DNA of 63,534 nt, filler included, from Octopus bimaculoides (GCF_001194135.2; 6 parts of 6 records of this genome joined end to end with filler, not necessarily neighbours in it); one strand, 5' to 3'. Shown: positions 12,415 through 24,751, numbered from the whole stretch's first letter. The notes: generated by a model not told the origin, from the sequence alone. Translations and numbers: made by a program.

Positions 12415-12541
12415 CTGAATGTAGTCTCCGGAGCTTTTCCAGGAATCAGCATTAGGAACAGCATTACAACCAGATTTATGTTGTACAAATATATTAAAAA
12501 CAACTCCTAGGACGAGATATAATACGAGCACACACAAAAGC
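12415..12541 (-). CDS. CD-M6PR/Atg27-family protein, transmembrane and juxtamembrane exon (LLCVLVLYLVLGVVFNIFVQHKSGCNAVPNADSWKSSGDYIQ)
   Basis: tatttcag|G acceptor (phase 2) and CAG|gtaat donor (phase 0). The YxxxG..G...PN...W pattern parallels CD-MPR YVVGGFLYQR..GAKGMEQFPHLAFW. Confidence 0.9.
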
Positions 12542-12755
12542 CTGAAATATAGGAATCAAGAATTAAAAAGAATAAAAAAACAAACAAACAAACAAAAACA
12601 CGATGGGCTGTGTGATAAGAAGCTGGATTCCCAACCATATGGTTCCAGGTTCAATCTCACTGCGCAGCACCTTGAGCAAGTGTCTTCTATTATAGCCTCA
12701 AGCTGACCAAAGCCTTGTGAATGGATTTGGTAGATGGAAACTAAAAGATGCCTGT

Positions 12756-12813
<58 letters not shown>

Positions 12814-12987
12814 CGTGTGTCTTTGTCTGTGTTTGTCTACTGTTACTGCTTGACAATAAGTGTTGGTATTTTTACGACTTAGCAGCTTGGCCAGAAGAGA
12901 CTGACAGAACAAGCAACAGACTAAAAGAATTTGAAACGAATATTATATTTCCCTGGGACTGATTCATTTGACAAAAATTTGCTCAGC

Positions 12988-13207
12988 TGTTAGGAAGGGC
13001 ATCCAGCTGTAGAATCCTTGCCAGATCAGATTGGAGCCTGGTGCGGCCTCCTGGCTTGCCAGTCCCCAGTCAAACCGATCAACCCATGCCAGCATGGAAA
13101 ACAGACGTTAAGCGATGATGATGGTCACAGGCTAATGATGGAAACTATTAAATGTTAAACGGTTTCCTTCCTATTTTGTTTGATATGAACTCTTGAAAGT
13201 TGATATG

Positions 13208-13241
<34 letters not shown>

Positions 13242-13372
13242 TTAATGTCTGCTTTTCATGCTGGCATGGGTTGGACGGTTTGACCAGGGCTGGCACACTG
13301 GAAGGCTGCACCAGACTCCAATCTGATTTAGCATGGTTTTCTATAGATAGATGCCCTTCCTAATGCCAACCT
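12988..13372. mobile_element. Tail-to-tail pair of family C SINE fragments (+ 12988-13122, - 13238-13372)
   Basis: The same RTE-like tail sequence in opposite orientations, about 115 bp apart. Confidence 0.85.
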
Positions 13373-14386
13373 CTCTGCAGAGAAAGGACTTCTAAATAGG
13401 AGGGACTTTTGTCAGAGACTTAGGAGGGCTGATCACATTTGCCCTCATGGGCTGCCCTAGAAAGATCACACCAACCCTGGACAACAAACAGTCGCCAAAG
13501 ACCTAGGTAACCATACATACGAGCAGGGTGGTTAAAACACCTTCTCTGTTCCAATAACAGTCGACAGTTCTGGTGACAAGCTATATGAAAGGACTGATAA
13601 CAGATGAACTGTAGACAGGAACTTTACTTTGGGCTAGCTAGTGAGCTGGTCTACAGAGAAGTGACTTCCAATTAAGTGGGACTTTCGTCAGAGACTTAAG
13701 ATAGCTGATCACATTCGTCCCCATGGTATGTAATCAAACAAAACGAAATAAATACACACTCTTCTTCCCAGTTGATTTTTTTGTATATAGCTTAACGAAA
13801 CTATAATAGATCACATTTATGATTGATATAATTTGCATAATGTAAATTAAAAAGTGAGCTAAGGGAAATAACTTAGAATGGCCAGTGGCATCATCATCAT
13901 CATCGTTTAACATCTGCCTTCCATGCTAGCATGGGTTAGACGATTTAACTGAGGATTGGTGAACCAGATGGCTACACCAGGCTCCAATCTGATTTGGCAG
14001 AGTTTCTACAGCTGGATGCCCTTCCTAACGCCAACCACTCCGAGAGTGTAGTGGGTACTTTTACGTGCCACTGGTACGAAGGCCAGTCAGACGGTACTGG
14101 CAACGGCCATGCTCAAAATGGTGTATTTTACGTGCCACCTACACAGGAGCCAATCCAGTGGTACTGGCAATGATCTCACTTGAATGTTTTTTTCACATGC
14201 TGCCGGCACAAGTGCCATATATGTGAAATGAAGTGTTGTGCTTAAGAACACAATGCATCGCCCAGCCTGGGAATCAAACCTATGCTCTAGCGATTGTAAG
14301 TGCAACAGCTTAACCACCTAGCCATGCAACTTCACATAGAAAACATAAAGATGAAATTAGATAAAAGTAGATATTTAGATACATAC

Positions 14387-14457
14387 ACTATGCAAATTAT
14401 TGTTCCCGTTGATAGTGAGTGACTGGGACAAAAGTGTTTACTCTGCAGTTGAAAATT
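14387..14457 (-). CDS. CD-M6PR/Atg27-family protein exon (NFQLQSKHFCPSHSLSTGTIICIV)
   Basis: cttattttcag|AAT acceptor and GT|gtatgt donor, phase 0 to phase 2. It encodes the end of the MRH domain (FxLxSxxxC) and the LSxG start of the TM helix. Confidence 0.9.
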
Positions 14458-14734
14458 CTGAAAATAAGAGTTACAAAATTAGTGGTATTTATATAAAACA
14501 AAACAAAAAACGAACAAAGAAAATTTAATTATATAAAAATAAAAAGAAACAAAAAGAAAAATCTAAGGTGAGATATTTGGTGATTGTTATTATTCGAGAC
14601 AGGGGTGGTAATTGCACTTGGGAGACAGGTAAATTTATACAAAATCATGAGTTAAAATAGTGAGATAAAATAGGTATAATGTTGGTTATGTGTTCCTGAA
14701 TTTAGATATTTACAAACAGCAAAATTGTGTAGTA

Positions 14735-14970
14735 TATTCAGGCATGATTTGTATTTTTCAATAAATATATTTTCTTTATTTATCTGTTCTTGTATAGAAA
14801 TTGTTTCCTTGCATTGGTAGATGGTTAGAGATTCTCTGCACATCTACCAAAGTGTTCACTCAACGGTGTCTGTCTATGCCTTGGGAAATGGATCTGTTGC
14901 TTATGCAGTGTAGTTCTCCATCTGTGATGTCCTTGCTTGGCTTATATAATTGTGTCCACAACATGGTTAA
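14735..14970 (-). mobile_element. Penelope-like element GIY-YIG endonuclease fragment (degenerate)
   Basis: Frameshifted translation PCCGHNYI..., LHKQQIHFPRHRQTPLSEHFGRC, KENIFIEKYKSCLN, typical of the PLE C-terminus. Confidence 0.7.
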
Positions 14971-15589
14971 GTTATCGTATAAGTTAAATTTTTTGATGCA
15001 CAAGTGAAATTGGTCTTAAATGTGAATTTTTGTCCTTGTTTGAAATGGAATTCTGAATATATATATATATCATCATTGCTTAATGTCAGCTTTCCATGCT
15101 GCCATGGGTTGGATGGTCTGACTATGGGCTGGTGAACCAGAAGGCTGCACCAAGATCCAATATGATCTGGCAAAGTTTCTACAGCTGTATGCCCTTCCTA
15201 ATGCCAACCACTCCAAGAGTGTAGTGGGTGCTTTTACGTGCCACTAGCATGAGGGCCAGTCAGGCGGTACTGATATTGACCATGTTCAAATGGTGTTTTT
15301 TACCTGCACAGGAGCCAATCCAGCAGCACTGGCAATAACCATGCTTGAATGGTGTTTTTTATGTGCCACCAGCACAGGAGCCAGTCAAGCGATGCTGGCA
15401 ATGATCATGCTCGAATGGTGCTTCTTACGTGCCACCAGTATGGGAGCCAGTCAGCGGCCCTGGAAACAATCATCCTCGAATGGTGCTTTTAACGTTCTAC
15501 TGGCACAAGTGCTAATCAGGCAGTACTGTCATCGGCCACGACAAGGATTTTGATTTCACATATCTCAACAAGTCTTCGCAAGCACATTT

Positions 15590-16492
15590 TATTGCCTAAT
15601 GATTGAAGGGTACTCTTAACTGGGCTGGTTATACAGCACTGGCATAGGCCATGGGTTATGGTCTCACTTGGTTTGCTGGGTCTTCTCAAACACAGCCTAT
15701 CTCCAAAGGTCTCAGTCACTAGTCATTGTCTTGGTGAGGCCCAATGTTCGAAGGTCATGCTTCACCACCTCATCCCAGGTCTTCTTGGGTCAACATTCTC
15801 TTCATTTAGCAACCTTTCTTAGGAGCATCTCCAAGCCTCTCTATTTGCTGCCTTGTTAAATGCAAGCGAGCCATCATCCATGTGGACACATTTCTCTCCC
15901 ACACACTTTCTTGCAACATGAAACACTTCAAGTGTTTGGTCCTCACGATGCAGAACATTGGCAAATTTTTTCTTATCTGCTTCCCTTCTGACTAAATAAA
16001 CATGTCTCCTAGCTTCTCTTCTGGCAACCTGATACAGTTCCCTGCTATCACCGTTCTTACAGTCCTTCCATGCCTGTTTCCTTTCCTTAATGACTGTCAA
16101 CTACATTGTTCCACCACCACATTACCTTGGGTCGGGAGGAAACTTTGCACCATCCACAGATCTGGTCAGTAGCCCTCAACAGGTTGTCCTGTAGCAACCC
16201 CCAGTTGTCTTCCACATTATGTAATGCTATATCCCCCTCTATTTCGTCATAGGCTTTGAGTAGTAAGTCTCTAAATCTCTGTCTATTCACAGTATCCTTA
16301 AGATTCCAGACCCTTCTTTTCCATGCTGGTCGTCTTCTGGGCATCCATTTAGCCCTGATCCTGAAGTAGCTAACTACTAATCTATGTTCCGGTGTGCATT
16401 CTTCCCTCTGTTGGGTCAACATTTGGCATTTATAAGTAGCCATCTTTCCCGTTTCCTGGTGAGGATGTAGTCAATCTGACTAGTGTGCCCAC
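15590..16492 (-). mobile_element. RTE-clade LINE fragment, internally deleted
   Basis: GHTSQIDYIL (AP endonuclease end), RRVWNLKD, WWWNNVVD and RQAWK..ELYQVARREA, joined to the RTE C-terminal/3' end shared with SINE family C. Confidence 0.8.
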
Positions 16493-16494
16493 AG

Positions 16495-17615
16495 ATAAAA
16501 TGAACAGTTTGAACACAGCAAAATCAATTTATTTACGAAACAGTCAACTTGATAATGCCTGTGTATGTTTCGATATCTACCTTCATTCATATTTTACAAT
16601 AAAAATTGCATTCAAGGCAAAACTTTACAATTAAAATTGCATTCAGGGCCAAAAGTGACATTGATTCTTCATCCTAATTTCAATAATGTTCAGTACAGAC
16701 TGAATGGCAGCATGTGTTTGTGTGCATCAGCATGTGTGTGTTTGTGTGTTTGGATTTCATTCAATTACATCCCAATGTATGGGAGTGGCCTCACTGAGGC
16801 GATGACTACTGACCGACACATTTGGAAATGTACTGTGCGTGAGAAGACCCGGCAAGCCAAGTGAGACCTAAATCCAAGGCCTCTGCCAGGGGTGTAGCCA
16901 GCCCACTTATGCATACCTTTCCTACACTGGACACTAAACTCCGCTTGCAAAGACTTGTTGAGGCAAGTGAAATCGAACTAAATTCGACGACTGGCAAGCG
17001 AAATCGGGATACCACCTGTGCTCAGCGTCGCCTTTCTGGCACTTGTGCCCGTGACATGTGTAAGGATTTTCGAGCGAGATTGTGCCAGTGCCCCTGGACT
17101 GGCTCTTGTGCGGGTGGGACATAAAATACACCATTTTGAGTGTGGCCATTTCCAGTACCGCCTGACTGGCCTTCGTGTGGGTGACACGTAAAAGCACCCA
17201 CTACACTCTCTGAGTGGTTGGTGTTAGGAAGGGCATCCAGCTGTAGAAACTCTGCCAAATCAGAATGGAGCCTGGTGTTATCATCTGGTTTCACCAGTCC
17301 TCAGTCAAATCGTCCAACCCATGCTAGCATGGAAAGCGGACGTTAAACGATGATGATGATGATGATGATGTATCTGTCAATATTCTGCCATAGTCAGTCT
17401 GTACTAAACACTATATCAATTAGAATGTAAAACCAAGAATTCAATTTTTGCCCTGAAGAGATTTTTAACTTCCAAATTCATAATGCAATTTTAATTGTAA
17501 AATATTAACTGTAAAATATGAATGAAGGTAGATATTGAAACATGCATAGGCATTATCAAATTGATTATTATGATTATTATGTAAATAAATTAATTTTGCT
17601 GTGTTCAAAAACTCT
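16495..17615. repeat. Long imperfect inverted repeat (arms ~16495-16712 and ~17380-17615) enclosing RTE/SINE insertions
   Basis: Shared blocks in opposite orientation: gtaaataaatt.attttgctgtgttcaaa, gtaaaatatgaatgaaggtagatat.gaaacat, cagtctgtact.aaca. Confidence 0.75.
16780..17370 (+). mobile_element. RTE 3' end plus SINE family C copy
   Basis: LTEAMTTDRHIWKCTVREKTRQAK* is the RTE C-terminus. It is followed by a family C copy ending ggacgttaaac(gat)n. Confidence 0.8.
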
Positions 17616-17625
17616 CCATTTTCTT

Positions 17626-17690
17626 CATACCATACCATACCATACCATACCATACCATACCATACCATACCATACCATACCATATCATAC
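17626..17690. repeat. (CATAC)n pentanucleotide repeat, ~13 units
   Basis: Direct reading. Confidence 0.95.
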
Positions 17691-17706
17691 AGTTCTATAT
17701 GCCCAT

Positions 17707-17785
17707 GGGCTTATGGTTTAGTGGTTAAAAGCGCGGGCTACTAACCCCAAGATTCTGAGTTTGATTCCAAGCAGTGACTTGAATG

Positions 17786-17839
<54 letters not shown>

Positions 17840-17995
17840 TTGAAAAATACCTTAGGACTGAGAATCCAGGTTCGAAATTTCCCCCAAGACACCTGTAGAA
17901 GGCTGGAGGGTATATCTGCCGAAATGTTGTGTTAACAACAAACAAGATGAGGACAGATATCCGTCAAATGTTAATAATATAAATAATGTAAATAA
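17707..17995 (+). mobile_element. tRNA-headed SINE with an (AAT)n spacer and a hammerhead-like 3' module
   Basis: Pol III A-box-like tggtttagtggtta and B-box-like gagtttgattcc, then (AAT)n, then a unique 3' region containing the hammerhead fold. Confidence 0.7.
17888..17933 (+). ncRNA. Minimal type I hammerhead ribozyme (degenerate copy)
   Basis: Stem I gacac/gtgtt; core CTGTAGA (consensus CUGANGA, one mismatch); stem II ggctg/ctgcc (one mismatch) with loop gagggtatat; GAAA; then TGTT, which is consistent with a CpG-decayed palindromic AACGTT helix III and cleavage site. Confidence 0.6.
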
Positions 17996-18009
17996 TATCA
18001 TATCTATCT

Positions 18010-18091
<82 letters not shown>

Positions 18092-18614
18092 TATGGGCAT
18101 TACTATACATAAAATGCCAAGGAAGGGAAAGAAAGGTGGGTGTGAGGAATATGTAGCTTTAAGGAGAGACGGGGTAGGTGGCTTTTCTGCTGTCCATTGC
18201 AAAGAAACACTCACACACAGATACACACACACACACATACATACATACATTGTTGTTGGCACTCCGTTGCTTACGACGTCGAGGGTTCCAGTTAATCCGA
18301 TCAACGGAACAGCCTGGAATTTTAATAAGTTGTAATGAATAAAGTCTTGTCAAATGGTAGGACAGACATGTAAATAATTTAAAAAGGAAAAAATCTTCAA
18401 CAAAATTTTTTTGAGAAAAATTGCTCAACCCTGACCTGATCAAGAGGCCTATCTGTAGGGGAAGGCATGGTCTGAGATGGTATAAACAAAAAATTTATAT
18501 AAGACATTCTATTGTAAAAATTGCCTGGCAATGATGGGCTATTCAGCTAGTAAAAAATTATAGAGAGAACAACAAAAATATGAAAGATTAATGAGAAAGA
18601 AACAAACTACTTAC

Positions 18615-18699
18615 ATAGGTTTGATAAACAAACCCGCGAACTCTTCCAATAAAAAGAAACGTTGCTTCCTTTCCTTCAGAGCAGACCAACGCTACTGTA
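18615..18699 (-). CDS. CD-M6PR/Atg27-family protein, MRH-domain exon (xTVALVCSEGKEATFLFIGRVRGFVYQTY)
   Basis: Strong donor TAT|gtaagt in phase 0 joins the next exon, and it aligns to the MRH VxxxC...F...YxF region. The acceptor aaaatcag|T is the only in-frame AG but has a weak pyrimidine tract. Confidence 0.75.
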
Positions 18700-19113
18700 C
18701 TGATTTTGGGTACCATACAAAATAAAATTGTAAATGTTCAGTTTTATTATTTGTTGTAATCAATGTTTAATTACCATCTCATTTTCCTTATCCTAAGAAT
18801 TAAAGTATTATGCTAAGTTTAATGAGCCAAAAGATTTTTTCATCTGCAATAAAAAATTTGAGGTTTTCTAGATTTTTGAAAATAAAGATTTCTTACTCAA
18901 CGGAACAATTTCCTTTGCTTACAATATATTTTTCATACTTGAATGGTTTTGATAATATGAAATTTGACAGAGCAGGTATTTTAAACAAGTATTTTACAGA
19001 TAGGTGAGAGTTCACTATGGCTTAGTGAATAGAGTTCTAAATCACTGATAAGATGAAGATTTCACAGTTTACATCCTGTAATCAGCACAACTGCTTCTTT
19101 TGTATTCCAGCAG

Positions 19114-19495
19114 TTGTTGGCACTCTGTCGGTTACGACGTCAAGGGTTCCAGTTGATCTGATCAACGGAACAGCCTGCTCGTGAAATTAACGTGCAAGTG
19201 GATGAGCACTCCACAGACACGTGTACCCTTAACGTAGTTCTCGGGGGATATTCAGCGTGACACAGTGTGACAAGGCTGACCCTTTGAATTACAGGCACAA
19301 CAGAAACAGGAAGTAAGAGTGAGAGAAAGTTGTGGTGGAAGAGTACAGCAGGGTTCGCCATCATCCCCTGCTGGAGCCTCGTGGAGCTTTAGGTGTTTTC
19401 GCTCAATAAACACTCACAACGCCCAGTCTGGGAATCGAAACTGTGATCCTATGATTGTAAGTCCGCTGTCCTAACCACTGGGCCATTGCACCTCC
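19114..19495 (-). mobile_element. tRNA-derived SINE family B, full length
   Basis: Collinear with the copies at 52967-53341 and 56818-57186. Confidence 0.9.
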
Positions 19496-19614
19496 GCTTT
19501 CCTGCAGACATAATAATGAATTGCACATTAAACAGATTTGGCAATGACTCTCAATGTGCTATGGTTAGGAACTGATTGTCAAGAGGAAATCAATGAATTG
19601 TCTATTTCTTTTCT

Positions 19615-20030
19615 ACTCTAGGCACAAGGCCTGAAATTTTGGGGGAGAGAACCAGTTGATTAGATAGATCCCACTAGGTAACTTGTATTTAATTTATCGA
19701 TCCTAGAAGGATGAAAGGCATAGTCGACCTCGGTGGAATTTGAACTCAAAACATAAAGACAGACGAAATACTGCTAAACATTTCACTCGGCATGCTAATG
19801 TTTCTTATTTCTTTACTGCCCACAAGGGGCTAACCATAGAGGGGACAAACACGGACAGTCAAAGAGATTAAGTCGATTACATCAACCTCAGTGCGTAACT
19901 AGTACTTTATTTATCGACCCTGAAAGGATGAAAGGCGAAGTTGACCTCAGCAGAATTTGAACTAAAAACGTAGCAGCAGACGAAATACCGCTAAGCATTT
20001 CGCCCAGTGTGCTAACATTTCTGCCAACCT
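19615..20030 (-). mobile_element. Two head-to-tail copies of SINE family D (Nin/Deu-like central domain)
   Basis: Repeated ttatcgacc...aaggatgaaaggc.aagt.gacctc core. The Nin/Deu assignment is from recalled similarity only. Confidence 0.7.
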
Positions 20031-21051
20031 GCTGACTTAATTATCTATTTCTTTACCATTTCTAAGCTGTTGTGTAAGCTAGAAACAGCAGAGATGCTGG
20101 TGCCGGGGGCATGTAAAATGCACCTTTTTAACATTAGACTTCACAGAGGCAAAATGGCTGAGTTCCTTTTGAGTGTTGGTCCTCACAGAGGCAATGACTG
20201 AGACCTTAGGCATTATGCCATGCCTGAGAAGAAAACCCATTAAGCCAAGCAAAATCACAGTTGTGGCAGATACCAGTGACATGCAAATGGCACCTGTGCC
20301 AGTGGCACGTAAAATCACCCATTACACTCTTGGAGTGGTTGGCATTAGGAAGGGCATCCAGCCATCAGAAAACTATGTTAAATCAGACTGGAGTCTGGTG
20401 CAGCCTTCCAGCTTGCCAGCCCTGGTCAAACCATCCAACCCATGCCAGCATGGATGACACACCTTAAATGATGATGATGATGATGATGATTGAAACTTTT
20501 TACAAACTACCCAAGCATAAAACCAACAAGATGATATCTTGTAAAAAAACACCCAAGGAAAAACTGGAGGAAATAACTTTTGTATTCTCCAATGAAGATT
20601 CCTTAACAAGTGTGTAACACTTGTGACAAATGTCATCAGAGATGGTTCATGACCTGATGACAGAAAAGATAAGATATCTATTCTCACACCAACTAATCTA
20701 CTTATCTACCAATTTACTGAAGGTGGAAAATGGTATTTGTTTTTAGTTAGTTTATCTGAAACAGGTATACCATTCTACCTTGACAAACAGCATTATGAAA
20801 AATTATGATTTTCATAGATTAACCACTGAAAATGTGTGTCACAACAGATGGAGATTTCACAGAAGAAATATTGGGCTGGTGCATAATTATTGCAGCCTTT
20901 TCTCAACAAAATTTATCCAAGCTATAATAGAATGATACATACAACCAGTGGTGGACTGGGTCTGAATAAATATTGGTTGCCAGGAGACTAAGGGGACCCA
21001 CCTAAAACTACAATGCTATCATTTCTTTTTTTTTTTTTTTTTTTTTTTTTT

Positions 21052-21151
21052 NNNNNNNNNNNNNNNNNNNNNNNNNNNNNNNNNNNNNNNNNNNNTTAAT
21101 TAATTAANNNNNNNNNNNNNNNNNNNNNNNNNNNNNNNNNNNNNNNNNNNN
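21052..21151. other. Artificial scaffold join, 44N + TTAATTAATTAA + 44N
   Basis: The same 100-bp construct occurs five times; the 12-mer carries stop codons in all six frames. Confidence 0.9.
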
Positions 21152-21420
21152 TCAATAGTTATGATCATGTTAATAACGTTAACGTCCCTGGTTTGTAAGC
21201 CATACTGGTCAGATGTCGCTTCAAGATTAAATGTCGGCCATCCTTACCTTTCATCTCTGGAGCAGATAAAATACATAATACGATTCAATAAGTAATAATT
21301 AAGTACTAAGGGGGTTATAATCAATTAGATGCCTCTCCAGCAAGATGCATGGTTTTGCGTCTTTATTAAAAACTAGTGCATGGCCCGTTGTTTTATGCTC
21401 ATAGTAATATTTTATTTCAT

Positions 21421-21451
<31 letters not shown>

Positions 21452-22214
21452 GGTATATATTCGACAAAGAATTGAGTAAAAGAAAGGAAAGGCGTCGAGG
21501 TAAAAATAGTGATAGAACGATGTCAGTGCATCACTTGCTTGATTTAGAGAAATTTCATTCACGACAGTTCAAAAATAAAATGAATTTTTAAATGGCCGTA
21601 AGAAAACAATCATCCAATTATTTTCTGAAATGATTGAAAAGAGGAAACATGAGTCGTCTAGGTTACTTGTGTATTTGGTGACAGATCGTGGTAAAACATT
21701 GATAGATTGAGAGACAGATAAATAGATAGGCAGATAGATAGGTAGGTAGGTAGGTAGGTAGGTAGGTAGGTAGGTAGGTAGGTAGATAGGTAGGTAGGTA
21801 GATTGATAGATAGTTAGATAAATAGATAGACAGATAGACAGATATATAAATAGATAGATAGATGAATAGCATTTCTTATTATAAAGAAAGTAACTTATTG
21901 AAATAAAACAGAGAAAAACAAATATTTATTCATAAGTTTTCTTAAGAGAAATTTAAAGAACGGAGATTCATAATTTTCTTTCCGTTTTGTAATAAACAAT
22001 AAACTTATTTCTTTTTCAAAGAAGAAATTTATTATTTTCGAAAGTAGCGACTTTTAATGTGTTCGAAGATCGTGCTGAGAGAGATATATGCGTGACTGCT
22101 TACATACATACACACCTACATACATACATGCATACATACATACATACAAATATTTGTATATACGTACGTACATACATACATACATACATACATACATACA
22201 TACATACATACATA

Positions 22215-23100
22215 ACGATGGCCATCCACTGGTGACCGAGGAAGACCATTGCTGACCTTTAAGAACATTGTACGCTCTGGAACTAACTTATATTTTGCAT
22301 TTGCGGCTCCGTTGGTGTCTAAAGAGCCCTGCTCTTGACAAGAAGACACGACTGCAAACATTGCAAACCAAGCTTCCCCCATTCACTACACTAGCAGTGC
22401 GCTTTCGCACAGCACGCATAAATTCTTCATGCAGAATACGTGCTCTTTCAAAGATGTCGACCCCTTTCTTAACCTGCTTCCTCCATCTGTGGTGATGATA
22501 GGCATTGCCCTCCCAGTCGGTCTCCTGCATATCACAGGCCTTTAATGAAGACTTGACACAGTCCTTAAATCGCAGCCTTGGTTTCTGCCGGGGTCTCTTT
22601 CCACTAACAAGTTCCCCATATAGCATCTGTTTAGGGATTCTGATATCCTTCATTCTAACAATGTATCCAGTCCAACGTAACCGGTGCTTGTGCCTCAATA
22701 CTCAAGATATCAGCTTTCCTCAGGACTTGTGTGTCTGGAGTTCTTAAGGTCCAGCCAATATTCAGAATGTGTCTCAGACATCTCTGATGAAAACGTTCAA
22801 GGACCCTTAGGTGACGTTTGTAAAGGGTCCATGTCTCACATGAGTAAAGGAGCAATGCTAGTACACATGCACGGTACACAGCAATTTTTGTTTGCTTTGT
22901 GATGTCATGCTGGGACCAGACACAAGATTCAAGAGACCGGAAGGAATCAGTTGCTCTCTGCAGCCTGAAAGATCATTTTATCATCCAGGGAGCAAGAACG
23001 GCTGAGTGTGCTGCCCAGGTAGACAAACTTGTCTACCACTTTCAGTATTGTTCCTTCAACCAAGATAGCTGGTTCCACATATGGATTTCCTGGTGATGTA
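22215..23100 (-). mobile_element. RTE-like LINE 3' fragment with a C-terminal C2H2-like knuckle
   Basis: YRACVLALLLYSCETWT, RLRWTGYIVRM..RIPKQMLYGEL..GKRPRQKPRLRFKD and CNVCSRVFLSRAGLFRHQRS, with an (ATGT)n tail. Confidence 0.85.
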
Positions 23101-23140
23101 GAACATGTTTATGTGTGTGTGTGTTTGTGTGTGTGTGTGT

Positions 23141-23224
<84 letters not shown>

Positions 23225-24653
23225 TGTATTTATTTGTTTGTTTACGACACCGAAACTTAGCGGTTCGGTCAAAAAGAACGATAAGTACGACCCTTTAAAA
23301 AACAATAATTATTGGGGTTGATTTGTCCGACCAAACCCTTCAGGGTGGTGCTCCAGCTTGATCACAGTCCGATGACTGAGACAAGTAAAAGATGAAAAAT
23401 AAAGATATGCCTGACCTGGGGCTAAAAGCAACAATGTCATTTGCATACTCAAGCAAATGACGGACTCTGCATGCCATCATTTCGTTTGTTAGACATAGCA
23501 GTCGAATCTCTCTCAAACTTGAATGTCTCAACGAAATGGGGTAAATGTTGCATAATATAGTTGATACATTATGTTTGAAAGGCAGGATAATCACGGCTGG
23601 AAGGCTTTTGATCAGAAGTGCATTCAATCGAGGATGGTGTGGTGCTAACAAGCATAAGAAAAGAACATCATTGTTTATTTTTACTGTTTCAATATTCTTA
23701 TCTGTTTGGTTACAATGTCTTCCTTGATAGCCGCCATATTGAAAACACACTGACAACATATAAATATAAACACACAGACAACATACACATACATATTGAT
23801 GTTTGCAAAGGGAACTCTTTAAACATTCGGCCATGCTACAGCCTCTAATACATTACCCGACAGAATCAGTGTTTCACAGTGTGCATCAAAGTTGTCCCTT
23901 TGAACTTACAGTTACAGCTCATCTGAAGGGCTTCCGAATAGTTTCTGTCTGTCCAATTTCGCTCACATCGTCTTTATATCAACCAGAAGCTATGGTACAG
24001 TATGCTTGCCTAATATGCCGCGTAGTACGATCGAACCTAAGACCTCTTGATTGTAAAAACAAACCTTTTAACTATTACAGAATTAGTTCCAAACTTACGG
24101 CAAAATCTGAACGTTCCTACTTAAAAATTATTAAATCTGAACTTATACGTTTGCAAGTTTATGGTGCGATTTAACATGACAGCCTCTAGCAATAATACAA
24201 GTTTTTGAAGAGCTGACATAACACGACTCCTTTTTATGAGATATTTCACAAGAAAAACATTGTGAAATATACAAGAAAATTAATTTAACCTGAAAGTTTA
24301 ATATTATCGAAGCAGTGTAAACTAGCAACAGAATTGTATCGATAGGGAACAGTAGAATGGAATAGCTGTCAGCACTTGATGCGACAATTAGATTATATAA
24401 AGCCATCAAAACTGATTCCGCGAGATAAATTGGTTAAATGATCTGTAGAAATACCGAATAAATGGCATTATTTTCTAAACGGAACGCTAATTGTTCTTCT
24501 GCTACAGATTATTGGTGTCATAGACATAGACGAGACATGGACTGTAAATGTTCGTCATCTTATTTATGATGCTCATCATATCGACCTTTACAACGTGTCT
24601 CGAAGATATGTCGAATCATGACACAATCTCTAAATAACAGACAATCTGTAATT

Positions 24654-24751
<98 letters not shown>

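Noticed and set aside
18896-19005. Candidate upstream receptor exons (donors near 18895 and 18921)
   Set aside because: One lacks MRH motifs. The other has CQ but no AG acceptor, and its spacing to TVALVC is wrong.
23340-23834. 164-aa minus-strand ORF; also 23803-24174 (+) and 24143-24409 (-)
   Set aside because: No recognisable motifs or consistent splice phases; the ends run into SINE or microsatellite sequence.
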